Assembly: GCF_036321535.1 (NCBI RefSeq)
Contig: NC_087436.1
Span: 35,590,001-35,654,000, forward strand
Direction: 5' to 3'
DNA: 64,000 bases
DNA from: Camelus dromedarius
Taxonomy: Eukaryota
Shown: positions 1 through 12,963 of the stretch, piece by piece
Numbering within the stretch: position 1 is the first letter of the stretch
Layout: each line of letters starts with the position of its first letter
Made by a program: the position numbers and the translations under genes
The notes under the pieces: generated by a model
Told to the model about the DNA's origin: nothing
Databases searched by the model: none
What the model saw: the letters and a program-made list of their open reading frames with translations, nothing else

Positions 1-199
1 CATCATTACAATCCATTTTCCATTCTAACTACATGTTCAAATTACAGTAATAACACTGCCCAAAGTGTCCTTCTGCCCCTTACAGCTCCATGATGGACTT
101 CCTAGATATTATGTAAGTAGTTTTTTATAAGTACCTCTTTTGGTCTCCCATATGAAGCACTAATTTTACATTGGGCTTAAACTAGTACTTTAGTAAATA

Positions 200-420
200 A
201 TGTTGTTCATTTATACAACTATTCCCTGAGTCTGCTATGTGCATGGTACTGGGGGTCAGTGCTGAAGTTATGAAGAATGAGAATTAATTCCTCCCCTCAA
301 ACAGCTTACAATTTAGGAGAAGAGCAGAGTATACAGTAGGATAAAACAGGTGATCATGTGATTGTATGGGAGCCCATGGGTGGGCAGCTAACCCATCTTG
401 GAGAAAGACTTGCCAAATGG
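200..420 (-). mobile_element. L2 LINE 3' fragment (degenerate)
   Basis: Resembles reverse complement of the L2 3' end (ttcatttatacaactatt...ctatgtgc...ccctcaaacagcttacaatttaggaga). Boundaries approximate. Confidence 0.5.
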
Positions 421-1949
421 AATATACAACTATGCCTTTTATTTATTCATCAGTTTGTTTCAACACATACTTATTTTAACCACTCAATAAACATATATTA
501 AGCACCTTTTACGCACAAGATATAGTGACCTCTTGAATCAAATCTTCATAAATTCTTCTTGCTCAGGATCGACCATCTTTGACAGAGTGTACTTGCCTAT
601 AGCAATGAACAGTTACAAACAATTTTTCTTCAATTTTCTTTAACTTTTGTTAAGTTGGTGTTTTCAATATAAATTCTTTCTTCCACTGGAAAACCCCAAT
701 GGTATTCAAACATTACTTTTGGGAATTTTGACCTAATTTTTAAAAATATTTTATGTTAGAGCCTTATATGATCCTAACCAGATGCACACACTCTCTTTCT
801 TTAATGATTGCACAATTTCTTAGGCTCTTTAACCAGTTCATTTAAAACATTCTTGTTGTCAAGACCGCAAATCCACAGAAGAGACTTCCCTGTTACAGTT
901 CGCCCTCTGCACTAAGCCTGAGCTAATTAACATGGTCATCTCATGGTCAGTAAGAGGAAAGTTTCTTCTCCAGGAATGACATCCCTTGGGGTATGGCTTT
1001 TTACCACTTTCTGGTATCCCTGAGTTTCAGCCCCTCCACCCTAGCCATAGTCCAGACAGGCAGGTAACTCACATTCACATAACCTGTCTATTTCGTGAGG
1101 AAATCTAACTTGCAGAATACTTCTTAGTTGGTGACAGTCTTGAGTATTCAGAAAGTTCCACAAGGGGCTCTCTTGTACTACTTTTATTTTATGACCCCAA
1201 AGGATCCTCTTTGTAGACTTGCGACTTAGTCTCATCTCCCCCCTTCCCTAGGTGCAAACTGATTATTTCCCTCTGTCTGAGATTCCAGGCGGAGTGAGTA
1301 AGTGATCTTCATGCATTTGGCCCCAGGTCTGCCATTTCTCTTCAGGTCAAAGTGGTGTCTGAGCAGCTTCCCACCACCGCCTCAGCCAGCACCTCCCCGA
1401 GTTGTCCTTTCAAAGAGTCTTTGATTAGCCTGTTTAGTGTGCTTCTGGGCATTAAGCCCCACGCTCAGTTCTTCTTTCTCCAAATTCTGTTTCCCTCACC
1501 TCCTCTTCTTGATTTCTGTTTATAACCTGCTCTTGCTCTCCAGTGACGTCAGCCTTCCATCATGGCGTATCTCCACCTCTCAAGCCTCTTCCTCCCAGTT
1601 TCATTAACACGCTCCCGTATCTTCTCACAACTCTGTCCTCTGAGATCTTGAACCTGCTGGTCTAGCCTGCAGGAAGCCTCTTCTGACAGACTCTCTCTGA
1701 CTTAGGTTCCTAGATACTCTTTATCTTGTACAACTTCCAGCAGCCACCAGACGACAACTATTTAAGGGGGGTGGTTTTCTCTTCCAAAGACCGTGCCTCT
1801 GAATTTTTTCCTTTCTTTCACTCTGGCCACTCGCCACACCCTGACTGTCCACTGGGATCTATCAGGCACAGCCCTTTCGAGTGTACAACTATTTTGACTA
1901 CAATAAAAAGGGCTGTTAGGATACAAACTACATCCAGATGAGTGAAGTT

Positions 1950-2290
1950 ACAAGTATCTAGTTCCATGTGACTTGGCTTGGCAGAGGTTGACAGCCTTAG
2001 TCTCATCCAAGCCCTCTCTGTGTTTATACCATGTCTTGTCACAGGCAACTCTCCTAACCCTGATTCTCGGAGGTCACTGTCCCCACTGGTTTCTTCTACT
2101 TTCACTTCCTGCTGCAGGTTCTGCCACTCCCTGGAATTGTTGGGTCCTTTTCTGCCTTTATCTTCAGGTCATTTGCTCAGCCTTATATCATAATTGCCCT
2201 TCTCAGATCATGTGCACTTGGGAGCATCCACATTTATTGGTTCATTCCTGGTTCCTTCTGACCTTTACTCTTTTCACTTTCCATTAGTTC
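1950..2290 (+). mobile_element. L2 LINE fragment
   Basis: Pyrimidine-rich text resembling the L2 ORF2 3' region (ctggtttcttctactttcac...ggttccttctgacctttactctttt). Confidence 0.4.
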
Positions 2291-2602
2291 ATTCTGGCAC
2301 TTTCTCTCACGCGTGCACACACTCTCTCTCTCACCTTAAATTTTTATTTTTCTTAAAACCTTCCAACTTATTTGCAACTCTGCTGCCGGCATCCCTAACC
2401 TCTTGTATGAAAAGTCGCCAAGGTCAAACCAGGCACATCAGCATAGTAAACTTTAAGCCAATCACACTCCTGAATTCTGATCAGGAACCTGTACTAATAT
2501 TGTTTTGACCTGAATTACATGTGTTCTTTAAAGATTCTATTTCCATTTTACCACATCTAGTTCATAAATCACAGTGTTTTGAAAGAAAGGATATTTTGAT
2601 AC

Positions 2603-2622
2603 TTTTTTTTTTTTTTTTTTTT
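2603..2622. repeat. poly-T tract
   Basis: About 20 consecutive T. Confidence 0.9.
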
Positions 2623-2764
2623 GAGAATCCCTGTGTACTTTCATTACTGCGATCTGGGCACTTGGTGTAAATATGCTGTAGCCACGCGTATTTGTTTGGA
2701 GTAGCTAAAGAAAAACAAACAAACCCTGGAGCCCTGGAGGGAGTTACCTAAAGGGCCTAAGTCT

Positions 2765-2925
2765 GCTGTGTAACCTGGGTTGCACATCAGAACCACCTGT
2801 GGGTAATTTGTAAGATGTAAAAGCTCTGCCTCTCCCTCCTCCAAGGATTCATACTCAGGAATTCCTTGGGAACTTAGAGCCATTGATCTAAATGATTCTT
2901 GAGATAGTGGTGCCAATAGCCACGA
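2765..2925. mobile_element. MER5-like hAT-Charlie MITE (degenerate)
   Basis: ctgggttgcacatcagaaccacctg...aaatgattctt resembles MER5A. Confidence 0.45.
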
Positions 2926-2942
2926 TGAAGGAATTTCATCTC

Positions 2943-3467
2943 TGTCAACTAACAGCGTTAAGTGATAAGATTAGCCTTCTGTGACTTTGCTTTGCCCTTG
3001 TGAAATAGAATTCCTATTTTTGGCAAGACAAGAAAAATTTGAACACAAAAATTTCTCCTCTGCCCTTTGGCCCCCTCTCTCCCCTCACTGTGCGCTGTGT
3101 GTCTGCGTTATGCATGGACCAGACCTCCCCCATCAGCAGGAACACCTGCTCAACCGTAAAGAGCAGCATCCTCCCAGCATCATCAAGACAGCTCCTTAAA
3201 AGGTAGCATTCCTTCCTGATCTTGTAAGGGGTCACATGACCCACCAGGAGGACGCTTAGATCTGGATTATGTAAACTGTCAATAATTCGTCATTTGATGT
3301 ACAGCCCTCTGTCTCAGAGAACTTCTATAACTGTGCCTTGATTTCCAACCAGCGGAACAGTTCTCAGGGCTTTCTGAGATGCTCTTCCCAGGTTATAATC
3401 CTCAAGTTTGGAGCGAATAAAATTTTCCATTTCTTTCCTAGATGGACTGATTAATTTTCCCTTGACA
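2943..3467 (+). mobile_element. solo ERV LTR (ERV1-like)
   Basis: Starts TGTCAA and ends TTGACA (perfect 6-bp terminal inverted repeat, TG...CA); AATAAA at 3416-3421; ~525 bp; no clean TSD. Confidence 0.75.
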
Positions 3468-4289
3468 CCCTCATGTTGCCTCTCTTCAGAGAACTGCACT
3501 TCACTGCTTTCCCCTCTCCTTCAGGAGTCCCATCCCAATGTCCCAACTGATTTTTTAGATGTGAGTAAACAACCAACTACCCTTTGCCAAAGGAAAAGAG
3601 GGGGTGGCAGGGGTGGTCACACTCAGTGTCTCCACTGTGTTTCGTCATGTTACTGTATCTCCTGGGATGTGTGAGGACTTCTTTCCGCACCCAGGACAGC
3701 CCTTTGACTTATTCCCCGCCTCACAGTCTTCTTAAGGTGGGGATGGCTAAACTGAGGTAGAAGAAAATATTTGGGGGGAGGGGTTTCCAGCGAAAGTGGA
3801 AGCAAAGAAAGTTACCAAAGACCTAACTTGCTCAGGCAACATTTACTGCACAACCACAACCACTTCTTGTCTATGGCAGGTCAGGCACCAGTAGCCCCTG
3901 ACATTTTCCACGGTCAAACTAAATCTGTCTTTTGTTTACTTCAGGAGCCTGAGTTTGTGAGAGAGAAAAGGGGAAGGGGGCCTAGTTTCCTTCTGTTCTT
4001 GTAGGGCCCAGTGTCTCATCATTCTACTCCTTATCACCTTCATTTTTATCAGTTCCTTTCTGTGTGGTACATGCAGAAAGCAAAAGACGGAGAACTTCTT
4101 TCTCTTCTAAGAAACAGGAAGGGACAAGTGATTATGCCTGTGATATGTGTCAAGTGATCTTGTACTATTTGGGGCCTGGCTGTTGGATGGCTGGGGGTTC
4201 TGGCACTGCGGGTGATTTCTAGGTAACTTACATTCCCCACAAGTAGGGTGAATTACTCCCTAAAATACTTGAGAAAAGTATGGGCTAGA

Positions 4290-4495
4290 GAGGCCTAGAG
4301 AACAAATCTGGTTTAATCCTAGCCCCGTCTTACTATCTATGTACCGCAAGGGAGGCCCCATACACCTGAGACTCAATTTAGCACTCTGTAAAATGGAGAT
4401 ACAGCCCTACATAAAGGGTGATGAGGATTTTAAACAATGTCATCAAGTGCCTACCCTAGTTCCTACCTCACGGTAGATGGCAACATAATTATTAC
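4290..4495 (+). mobile_element. MIR SINE
   Basis: ctggtttaatcctagc...ctgtaaaatggagata...gtgatgaggattt matches the MIR core. Confidence 0.65.
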
Positions 4496-5479
4496 TCTTT
4501 ATAACTCTTCAATGTCAGCAAGGGTCCCTGAGACTCCAACGTGACCAGTACCATATGCCGCTGAGTTTAGGAATAAGAGTTTTGTCAGTAAATATATCAA
4601 TGGCTGATAGAGGAACACTTCAGATAATCTGTCACACACCCACAGCACTCCCTATCACACCGTCAGAGATCTCATACCAAGCAAGAGGATAAGTCATGTG
4701 AAAGACACCAGATACCATGAACCATCTTACATGACTACCCTGCTTTATCTGTACCACCGAACTCTTTGTCAGACTGAATGTTTTGTTTGGTTTTGTTTTG
4801 TTTTCTGTTATTACTTGCCGCTGCTCCAGCAACAGGAAGAAAGGAGTTCTGTTCCTTTGAATGCTGAAACTGTAAATTGCACCTAATTTTGAACAGAGAG
4901 CAAGGAGAAGACATCAGTTATCTTCTCAAACCCCACTTTGGAGCACCCCAATTTTTTGAAGGTCCCCTTGCCACCATTATCTACAGGTCATGGACCTCAA
5001 GCTAGGAGAGAAGAAATCTCCCTAAGGGCAATCCTGCCTGGATACAAAAGAAGGATATATTAAGTAACGTTCATCTGTTTATTTCCAAGTAAATAATCCC
5101 ACAGAAATTGAGAGGAAAAAACTTAACCTGCATTCTTTTATTTCAAAACACGGTTCCAGATCCTATCTTTGGTTTCATTTTTTAAAGTAAAATGTTATTA
5201 ACTGCATTTTAGTGACAGCATTCATTTGTGTGGTTTAAAATATGAATGTTTAAGAAAAAATTGCTATTTCTATTAATTTCCTGCTATTAGAGTTTGTTTC
5301 CCTAAGGCTTCTACTAGTTCTAAAATTCTTTAAGGCCTTAGAAATGACGCTTGATATCATTTCTTTCTATTGCATAGCATATTACACCTGCAGAGAGGCC
5401 CCTCTCCCTATCCTGAGAGAAACTCATCAGGATGCGGGTTTTGTGTCTTCCAAAGAAGATCACCCACTGGTAATGATCA

Positions 5480-5650
5480 GGATAGTAACATTCATATAAG
5501 GAACACCTAAATGGACCAGGCTACACATATTATATCTAGTGGTACATTTAATCCTCTGGACACCCTGCAGAATAGGCGTCATTTCCACAGATTGTAAGAG
5601 AGGCTTCAAGAGATTCACTAAGCTTCTGCAGGTCACAATTTGGTAAAATC
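5480..5650 (-). mobile_element. MIR SINE
   Basis: catttaatcctc...atttccacagattgtaagagaggcttcaagaga...aggtcaca resembles the reverse MIR core. Confidence 0.6.
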
Positions 5651-5672
5651 TGAAACTGGTAAAATCTGAAAC
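5641..5672. repeat. 16-bp tandem duplication (TGGTAAAATCTGAAAC x2)
   Basis: Two perfect copies at 5641-5656 and 5657-5672, plus a degenerate third. Confidence 0.9.
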
Positions 5673-5839
5673 TATTAAAATCTCCATCTCCCCTGCTGCA
5701 AATGTGTGTTCTTTTCTTTCTGCCAGACTACCTAAAATAAAAAGTAAAATGTGCAAATATTATGCCAGCGGACAGTTTTAGAACCCGAGAAGCTGAGAAA
5801 TGCGAAGTGTCCCCAGCGTGACTCAGGAGCACAGCCTGG

Positions 5840-6100
5840 GGGTTGGATGCCAGTGGCCCCAAACATTCAAGAGCCATGTTTTGATCGACCTTCACCGTGT
5901 TTGACTTCTGTTCAAATTAAAAACTGCCAACATCTAAAACTATGCAGAATTCACATAAAAAATCAGGATTCGGGAACTTCTATTGACAAACCAGAGTATC
6001 TGGCAAACTTCTCCATCTCCCCACATGGTACCTTTGCGGGCAGCTGAGCAGCAGATGCCTTTCGGAAAGGACCCTGCCTCTCCGGAGACTGCTGCCTGCT
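5840..6100. mobile_element. MER102-like hAT DNA transposon fragment
   Basis: aaaaatcaggattc...aacttctattgacaaaccagagtatctggcaaac...cccacatgg...gctgagcagcagatgcc resembles the recalled consensus. Confidence 0.4.
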
Positions 6101-7451
6101 CTCCATGGACTTAGCCTGTGCACCTGAGCCCTACGGCTTTCGAGCTTGTGACTCCTCCCTTTTTCTCCACGGCATTCAGTCAAGAGCAATGAGAAGGGTA
6201 AATGTTCTCAGACTTCATAAACATACAGTGCATCAAAAACTATAAGAAAGGATGTAACTTGGACCTCTTCCTCAATGGTTTCCTCTAGGGGATGACCTGG
6301 AGATTGTGAAGGGTTTGGAAAACTGCCCCGGGCCTTCATTTAAAATAGTTTTGTCTTTGGTTACTACTGGAATAAACCTGTAAGCGGACAGCGGTTTCGT
6401 GCCAGCCGAAATCCTAGTCTTGGGTGGGACAGCAGAGGTTTATGACTTCAGATGAGAAACAGGCAGGAACAGATGATGTTCTTATGCCAAGTTCTTTCTT
6501 TATTGCCATGGAAGCAAGAAGAGAAATGCAGAAAGGGGAAAGCTTTGCTAGACCCATGTTTCACTCAGCCTTTCTGCTGGACATCAGGAGCTGCTCAAAA
6601 TTTTGCAAACACTTTTACAGGAAAATCATGGCTGTAGAAAGTCCCTAAGAATAAAACAGAGCTGGGAAAGAATAGACCACGCATTTGTCTTTAAACTCAG
6701 AAGTGGAACCCCCAGGAGTCGGTATTCTATAACCAGACTGGAAACATTATTAACATTAATAAATAAACATCTGGATTGACTTGCAGTCTAAATTTAAGTG
6801 TCCTAAATATTTTGGCTCGATTATAACTATACTGCATTTTCCTAAATTTTCCAATGTTTCTTCTGTCCTTAGCTTACACTTCATTTTCTGCTGACTCTTC
6901 TAACTCGCGTCTTGTCATGTAAATGTTTAAGCACCAAATGTCCTTAAAAAGATAGGGAATTGGTTTTGATTCCGTCCCTCACATTTGCACAATGTGGGTC
7001 TTTAACACACCCATGTCCTTTAATTGGAACCATGTAATACACCATTTGCTTCTCTTTCATTTTCCTAATACTTTGCGCTATACATAATTCCAAGAGAGCC
7101 AGCATTTACCAACAAAATGTTCTCTGAGTTAAAACTAAAACTCAAGGTCATTCTGAAGCTATCTGTTAATTCCATTTCTTTTAATGTAAAATTTAGCCAG
7201 TGTTATTGGCCCAGATTTGGACAGTATTAGGGAGAAAATATGGTGGCATAAACCAGACTAGGCCGTAATCCTAGCCAAATTTCACTTGGATCCTCCGGTG
7301 TACTCCAGAAGCAAGGGTACATGCGAAAGGGAAGGTCAGCAAAACACATCTCCACCAAGAAGAGTGCAGTAAAACCAATGCAAAATGAAACAAGCCAGCT
7401 ACAGAAGATTCTGCTCATAAACACAATGTTGAGACTTAATCCGTTCCTCAC

Positions 7452-7850
7452 CATCTTCGTTTGAGAATGTTGGTCTCAGTTCCCTGGGCTGCTGTTGCTG
7501 CCTCGAGCCTTTTTCTAGTTAGAAGCCAAGGGGTTGCTATGCAGAATCCCAATGCATGGAACCAGAGTTAATCATTCACAGGCCCTTTTGCCTGAAATAA
7601 GATGCTTTTCATTTCCCTTGGCTTATGCGAATAATGAAAAAGGAAAACAAACAAAGGAGATAACTGCACTATGTTAAAAGATAATCCCTTAGCATAACTA
7701 TTGTCTAGAAGGCTGAGCACCCCAGGCAGGCAAAAATCCAGCCTGCATTCAGTGACTACGTTACATTTATTTATAAGAGATTATGCCGTGACAGAGCTTC
7801 GAGTCGTTTAGAAATGCTCCTATTCCCCAAGGCCTCCGCTATATTTATAT
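7452..7850 (-). promoter_or_regulatory. candidate minus-strand TATA promoter and first exon ending in ATG
   Basis: TATAAATA on the minus strand at 7768-7775 and 7842-7849; ACGAAGATG|GTGAGG at 7454-7446 (A at -3, donor-like); non-repetitive sequence. Confidence 0.3.
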
Positions 7851-9699
7851 GCAGGATCCCATATTATTTTTCCTGGTGTTATGGCAACAAAGATTTCAAT
7901 GTTTACAGAGCTATCAAGTTCTGACAGGCCAAGCTGGGGACTCTGCATCACTGGCTTGAATTAAAATGGAGCAAGGGACCTAGGGAGCCAGCACCAGCTC
8001 AGCTGTCTGAACAACTGGTACCTGAACAGGAGAGAAGTAGGAAGCAGGCAAACCGTGTTAATCAGCTGGCAGAGCCCCTCTCCCCCCAGGGAATTCGCCT
8101 TCGGGATCGTGTGGTTTAAGGGATAGATTACAAAGTCCTGCTGAACCCAGTCAGTGACATTAAACCTGAGAGAAAAGCAAACCCCAAATTCCTACTGCAG
8201 TTTTGTGCTCCACGTGGACATCTCAAGCTCTGTTGAATCGGGACGTTAGGGTCCACGATCAGACCTCTGGGGCAGTGGAAGAGGAAATGAAACTGCAGCA
8301 GGTGAAGAAAGGGCAGAGCAAGGACTCTCTCTGTGCCCACGTTTTGTTTTTAACTACACAGAAGGAGAGCAGCCCGCTCACCTTCACACCTGATCTAATC
8401 ATTGCCCACGGCTGAGTAGTTGCTAGCATACTCCAACGCTGCGGCTAATTACTGTCTGAAGTTGCCTATCAAAATGTCCTAGAAATCCTTGGATTTATCT
8501 CACAAACAAGATTATCTTGAGAACTTGCCACCTACTCCCCGGAAATGACTCTTTGTAAAACAGATCTCACGGTCTGGGGCTCTTGGGAGTGGCCCCGAAC
8601 TCCTCCACACTCCGTGACTGAGACACTGAACTCAGAATCCTGAACACCCAAGTCCCTCCAAGCATGCTCTCTAGCTACCTTGGTTCTGCTGGAAGCAGGA
8701 AATAAAAGCCACGAGCTTAGCCTCGGATGCAGTGAGCCACCACCGTCCAGTTCTAGGTGTGGACCAAGGACAATCGAGTCAGAGTGAAAGGGAGCAAGAA
8801 GTTTTAAGCCAAGTTCCTTTGTTTTTTTTCTTTTCTTTGTGTCTGTGCGTTCACAAGGCTGTTGGTGCTTATTTGCTTACAAAAGTGCAGGCTGGACTTC
8901 ACAAACGTGTCTAAGCTTTTTAATTTGAGGGTTTTTTCCATTTAAAATTGTAAATAGCAGGAAACATGCACATTTCCTCATCTTAAAGTGAACGTGCCAA
9001 CAAATAAACTTCCCATGTAACATAGGACGTGTGGAAAAAAATCTGTTTACATGCTATGGACTTTGAACTAACATAAAATAAATGTTAAAGTAAGGAGGAA
9101 AAGGTATTAGTAATAATTGCAGTAAGTGTTTCTATACGTCTTTCTCAATAAACCAGAGCTGGAAATGAGTAAGTGTCACATCATGGTCTTTTCCTTTGGA
9201 AGGGCTGCTTCCCACGGCCAGCTGGAAAGACTAGTTAAAAAGCCTGGGAGGGGCGAGAAGGGCTTTGAGCTCTGACAGACGGCAGGCTTGTCCAGTGTTA
9301 ACAACTGTGACCACTGTTTGCAATTCCTGTTGCCATCAGTAGCTCGGCCCTTCCTTCTTCCAGAGCTGACTCTGCTCGCTGTTTGCCAGCTCCCTTGGGA
9401 CCCTGGCCCACAGATGAGATTATATGTGGCCGGTCTTCCCAGCAGTCAGGGATTAAAGGATACCATCTGAAGCTGTCCTTCTGCTTGTCTTTCCATTTCC
9501 TCTGGTCAACCCACTTCAGGTTAGCACACAGCAGCTGCAAGGCAGCTGATGTTACCATCTTCATCATCACACCAGTCTTCGTTATCAAGAGAAGAATTTA
9601 TTTCAAACACAATTAATGGACCAGTTATCTTTCCTAGGTTCTTTTTCAAGATAGTTACATCAGCATGAGTCTAACCATGAACTCTGCAAACGTATTATT

Positions 9700-9960
9700 C
9701 CTTCGTTTAACAAATATCTCTCAGCCCCTAACTCATGTACGGCTCCATACAATACCCTACGGATGCAGCGATGTGCTAGATAAACAAGGTCTTTGCCTTG
9801 ATTGAGCTTAAATTCCATGGAGAGACAGTCAATAAACACAAATGAATCAACCAGCAATACAATAGCTAGGGTCAAATGTGGTAGAAAGGAAATTAAGAGG
9901 ATATTACGATAAAGTCTATGGAATATCTTCAGATATTGGGTGCTTAAGAACTTCTTTCCT
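9700..9960 (-). mobile_element. L2 LINE 3' fragment
   Basis: ttcgtttaacaaatatct...ggatgcagcg...taaacaaggtctttgccttgattgagctta...agagacagtcaataaacaca resembles a reverse L2 tail. Confidence 0.6.
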
Positions 9961-10524
9961 GAACAACATTTAAGAAGGGACTTGTTGGATAAGAAAACAA
10001 TTCCAAAACTAAACAAGCTGGAAGCATTCGGTTGATGGTAAACCTAATGCTGTTTGGGGCTGTTGGTGACTACTTAAAAGTCAAATAAAACATTTCTGGC
10101 ACATTTCAAATCTCTCTGTCTTCTGGAAGACCAAATAGAATGACTTGGGGGGAGACATGTTTTAGTCCAAAGCTAGATACTACATTGTTAACTAATTCCA
10201 TCTGTCGACTTCTTGTGGCTATTTTGGCTTCCACAACAAAACCAGGATATTCCTTTACTGAAGAAAGATACAGAAAAGGTTTTGGTTTTTTTTTTTTAAC
10301 ATGGCAGCATAATGAGGGATTTCCCTTAGTAGCTATCCTGAATTTATATGCAAAACAAACTATGTATGTATGGTTCATATATACAGTTTACACTGGTAAA
10401 CTGTGCAAACATCTAGCACTTTCCTCAGATTTTTAAAGGGCTCTGTGACCCAAAAAAAAAAAGGATACGACCACTCAGACAGAATGGGTCTAAAGTAATC
10501 CATTGCTCTGGAATCTTTCAAAGA

Positions 10525-10717
10525 GTTGACTTGTTCTATTCAGACCTCCAACTGATTGGATGAGGCCCACCCGTATTATGGAAAGCAAACTGCTTTACTC
10601 AAAATCCACTGATTCAAACTTTAATCTCATGCAAAACAAACCTCACAAAAACTTTTTGAATAATGTTTCACCAAATATCTAGAACTGACAAACTGGCAAA
10701 TATAAGAAATAATCACA
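10525..10717 (-). mobile_element. MLT2 (ERV-L) LTR fragment
   Basis: ctattcagacctccaactgattggatgaggcccacc...ttactcaaaatccactgatt...taatcaca; similar to the LTR at 12451-12963. Confidence 0.75.
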
Positions 10718-12450
10718 AAGTGTATACTGCATCCAGAAAGACAGAGGCCCACACTCATGGGGTATTATTTCAAAGCTGATGCCTTCGCTATACCTGTAAG
10801 AGACCATTCCAAAGCTTGATGAGGCCACAGCTTCTGAGTAATGGATGAGATGGGCCCCATGGTCACTTATCCATTGCTACACCCCCTCGGCTATAAGGTG
10901 GGTCCCTTGCTTCAAAGAAATATCATGGCAGACCTCATGCTGATAAGCTAGATACTCTTGTGAGTCCCTGGACAGCAGGAAAGCTGAGGGTAAGAATACA
11001 GGAAAGACAGGGAAGAATATCCACACCTGGAAATACATGTAAATCCTAGTCATGACAAATCACTGCCCCTCCACGGCGCAGACTGTCCAATGCAAATAAC
11101 TTGTCACTAAGTAGCTGGTCGGTCTCCTTGAGGGATAGTATTACATTAGGGGCTCAGCTTCGCATTACACTAGGAGTCTCTGCTCTGCCAAGGGGATGTC
11201 CAGCAGCAGCAGCTAGAACAACACGTGCTTTTTGTCTCCGCCACCATGTCTGCCTGGTTCATGGGCATATCTTGGTAGCCACCATGTCTGCCTGGCTCAT
11301 GGGCATATTTTGGTAGCCGAAGACAAAGGACGGCTGGCTTCTACGCGATGAATCATCCTATCCGCCTGCTCTGCCACTGGACGGTCTCTGGCGGGCGCTG
11401 ACGTGCAGCAGAAGATTGCCACACCTGTGACCACTCCCATAAGTCCATCCAGCTGCCTCTCACCTCACCTCCTTGTCCTCAGTCTTCCAATCTTGCTCTT
11501 TTCAGAACCCTGACTAAACAGGCAAACCCGTCTCCACCGCCTGGGAGTCTGTGTATATTCTTACATTGGGCTACTCTTCTCGCCATGCAAAACAGATAAC
11601 CAGCTACACTAACTGAAGCCCCGCCCACTGGAAGAACATCCCACCACTGTCCTTCTGGGCCATCCATAAACAGGCTTTAGTGAACCAACATAGTGAGCTG
11701 ACCCATCTGTAAACCAAGCTCAGGATTTTTTCCTCCTCTATGCAGCTAATCATGGAGCTGAAGTATAAACTGAAAAAGAAGCATCAGTGCTGTAGAGGCA
11801 GGTGACATGGGGATGTGAGCTACCTATTTGTCCAAATTACTTGTGTGCTCAGGACCTGCTGCTGCCTAATTCTGGGTATGTCACTTCCGTTCTATGATGG
11901 ATTGTTGCAGGGCCCATCTAGTGAATCTGAAAATACCCAACTCAGGATGGGCAGCCCTGGTCATGTAGTCATTTGATATCCTGTGGCCAGTATCTATGAT
12001 GACATACATGTCCTGATGGCCAGTATCTGCCAGGTCCAGTAGTGGATCAGAAGCTGCTTTGTGAATGGTGTACAGGACTCATTTGCAGATGCTGCTCCAG
12101 AAACCTGGGTCCTACACTATGATTCTCCCATTAGATCTTGCCAGTGACTCCACGTAGTGTCTTCATGACATACTCGCCTAAGACCATGCTATCTACTCTG
12201 TCAAAAGGTCCAGGAAGCAGGGCTGCTTGTCTAAAGCCTGGACTCACTCTACAGCCCTTATTTTGTCTGTGTCCCACTCAAAATTAGAATCCTTCCATAT
12301 CATTCAATAAATGAATCAGAGCAGTATGTCCAAGTGTGGTATATGTTGCTTACAAAACACAAAGAAACCTAACAAAATAGTGTGCTTATTTTTTAAGTGG
12401 TAAGAACTTAAAGATGCCAAAACATCTTTGTTTTTTTCAAATTTGGAGAG
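10718..12450 (-). mobile_element. pol: old ERV-L internal region: decayed pol (RT C-terminus, RNase H, integrase)
   Basis: Minus strand gives degenerate equivalents of ERV-L motifs (LVGLFGFWRQHIPHL, FEWG, WAHEQSGHGG, integrase core), with many stops and frameshifts. Confidence 0.75.
11240..11315. repeat. 38-bp tandem duplication in ERV-L integrase fossil
   Basis: gccaccatgtctgcctggttcatgggcatatcttggta / gccaccatgtctgcctggctcatgggcatattttggta, 2 mismatches. Confidence 0.9.
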
Positions 12451-12963
12451 TGTATTAGTCAGGGTTCTTTAGAGAAACAGAGTTAGTAGGATACATACAT
12501 ATATAAATATAAATATATATGAAGATATACTTATTAGGGAAAATGTTTATTAAAGAATTGGTTTACAAGATTATGGAGGCTTAGAAATCTCAGGATCTGC
12601 TGTCTGAAAACTGGAGATCCAGGAAAGCCAGTGATATAATTCGCTCCTTTTCTGAAGGCCCGAGAACCAGGGGAGCCAGTGGTGCAAATCCCAGTCCAAG
12701 GGCCAGAGAAGAGAGGTGAGATGTCTCAGCTCAAGAAGATGAGGCAGGAGAGAAAAAAGGGACAAATTTCTTCAAACTTTTATTCTGTCCAGAGCCTCAA
12801 AGGATTAGATGAAGCCCACCTACACTGGAGTGGGCAATCTACTGAGTCCACCAATTCAAAACCTAATCTCATCTGGAAACACTCTTACAAAGACACCCAG
12901 AAATAATGTTTAATCTGGGCACCCCACGGCCAGTCAAGTTGACATACAAAATTAACCATCACA
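12451..12963 (-). mobile_element. complete MLT2 LTR (3' LTR of an ERV-L)
   Basis: tgtattagtcagggttct...gagaaacaga...aattaaccatcaca termini; followed by agtccaccccttgtcaacttggca, the ERV-L polypurine tract on the minus strand. Confidence 0.9.

Noticed and set aside
1544..1551. Perfect CRE TGACGTCA
   Set aside because: Isolated 8-mer without supporting context.
11240..11290. Two perfect Kozak GCCACCATG sequences
   Set aside because: They are the antisense of ERV-L integrase HGG codons, doubled by a tandem duplication.
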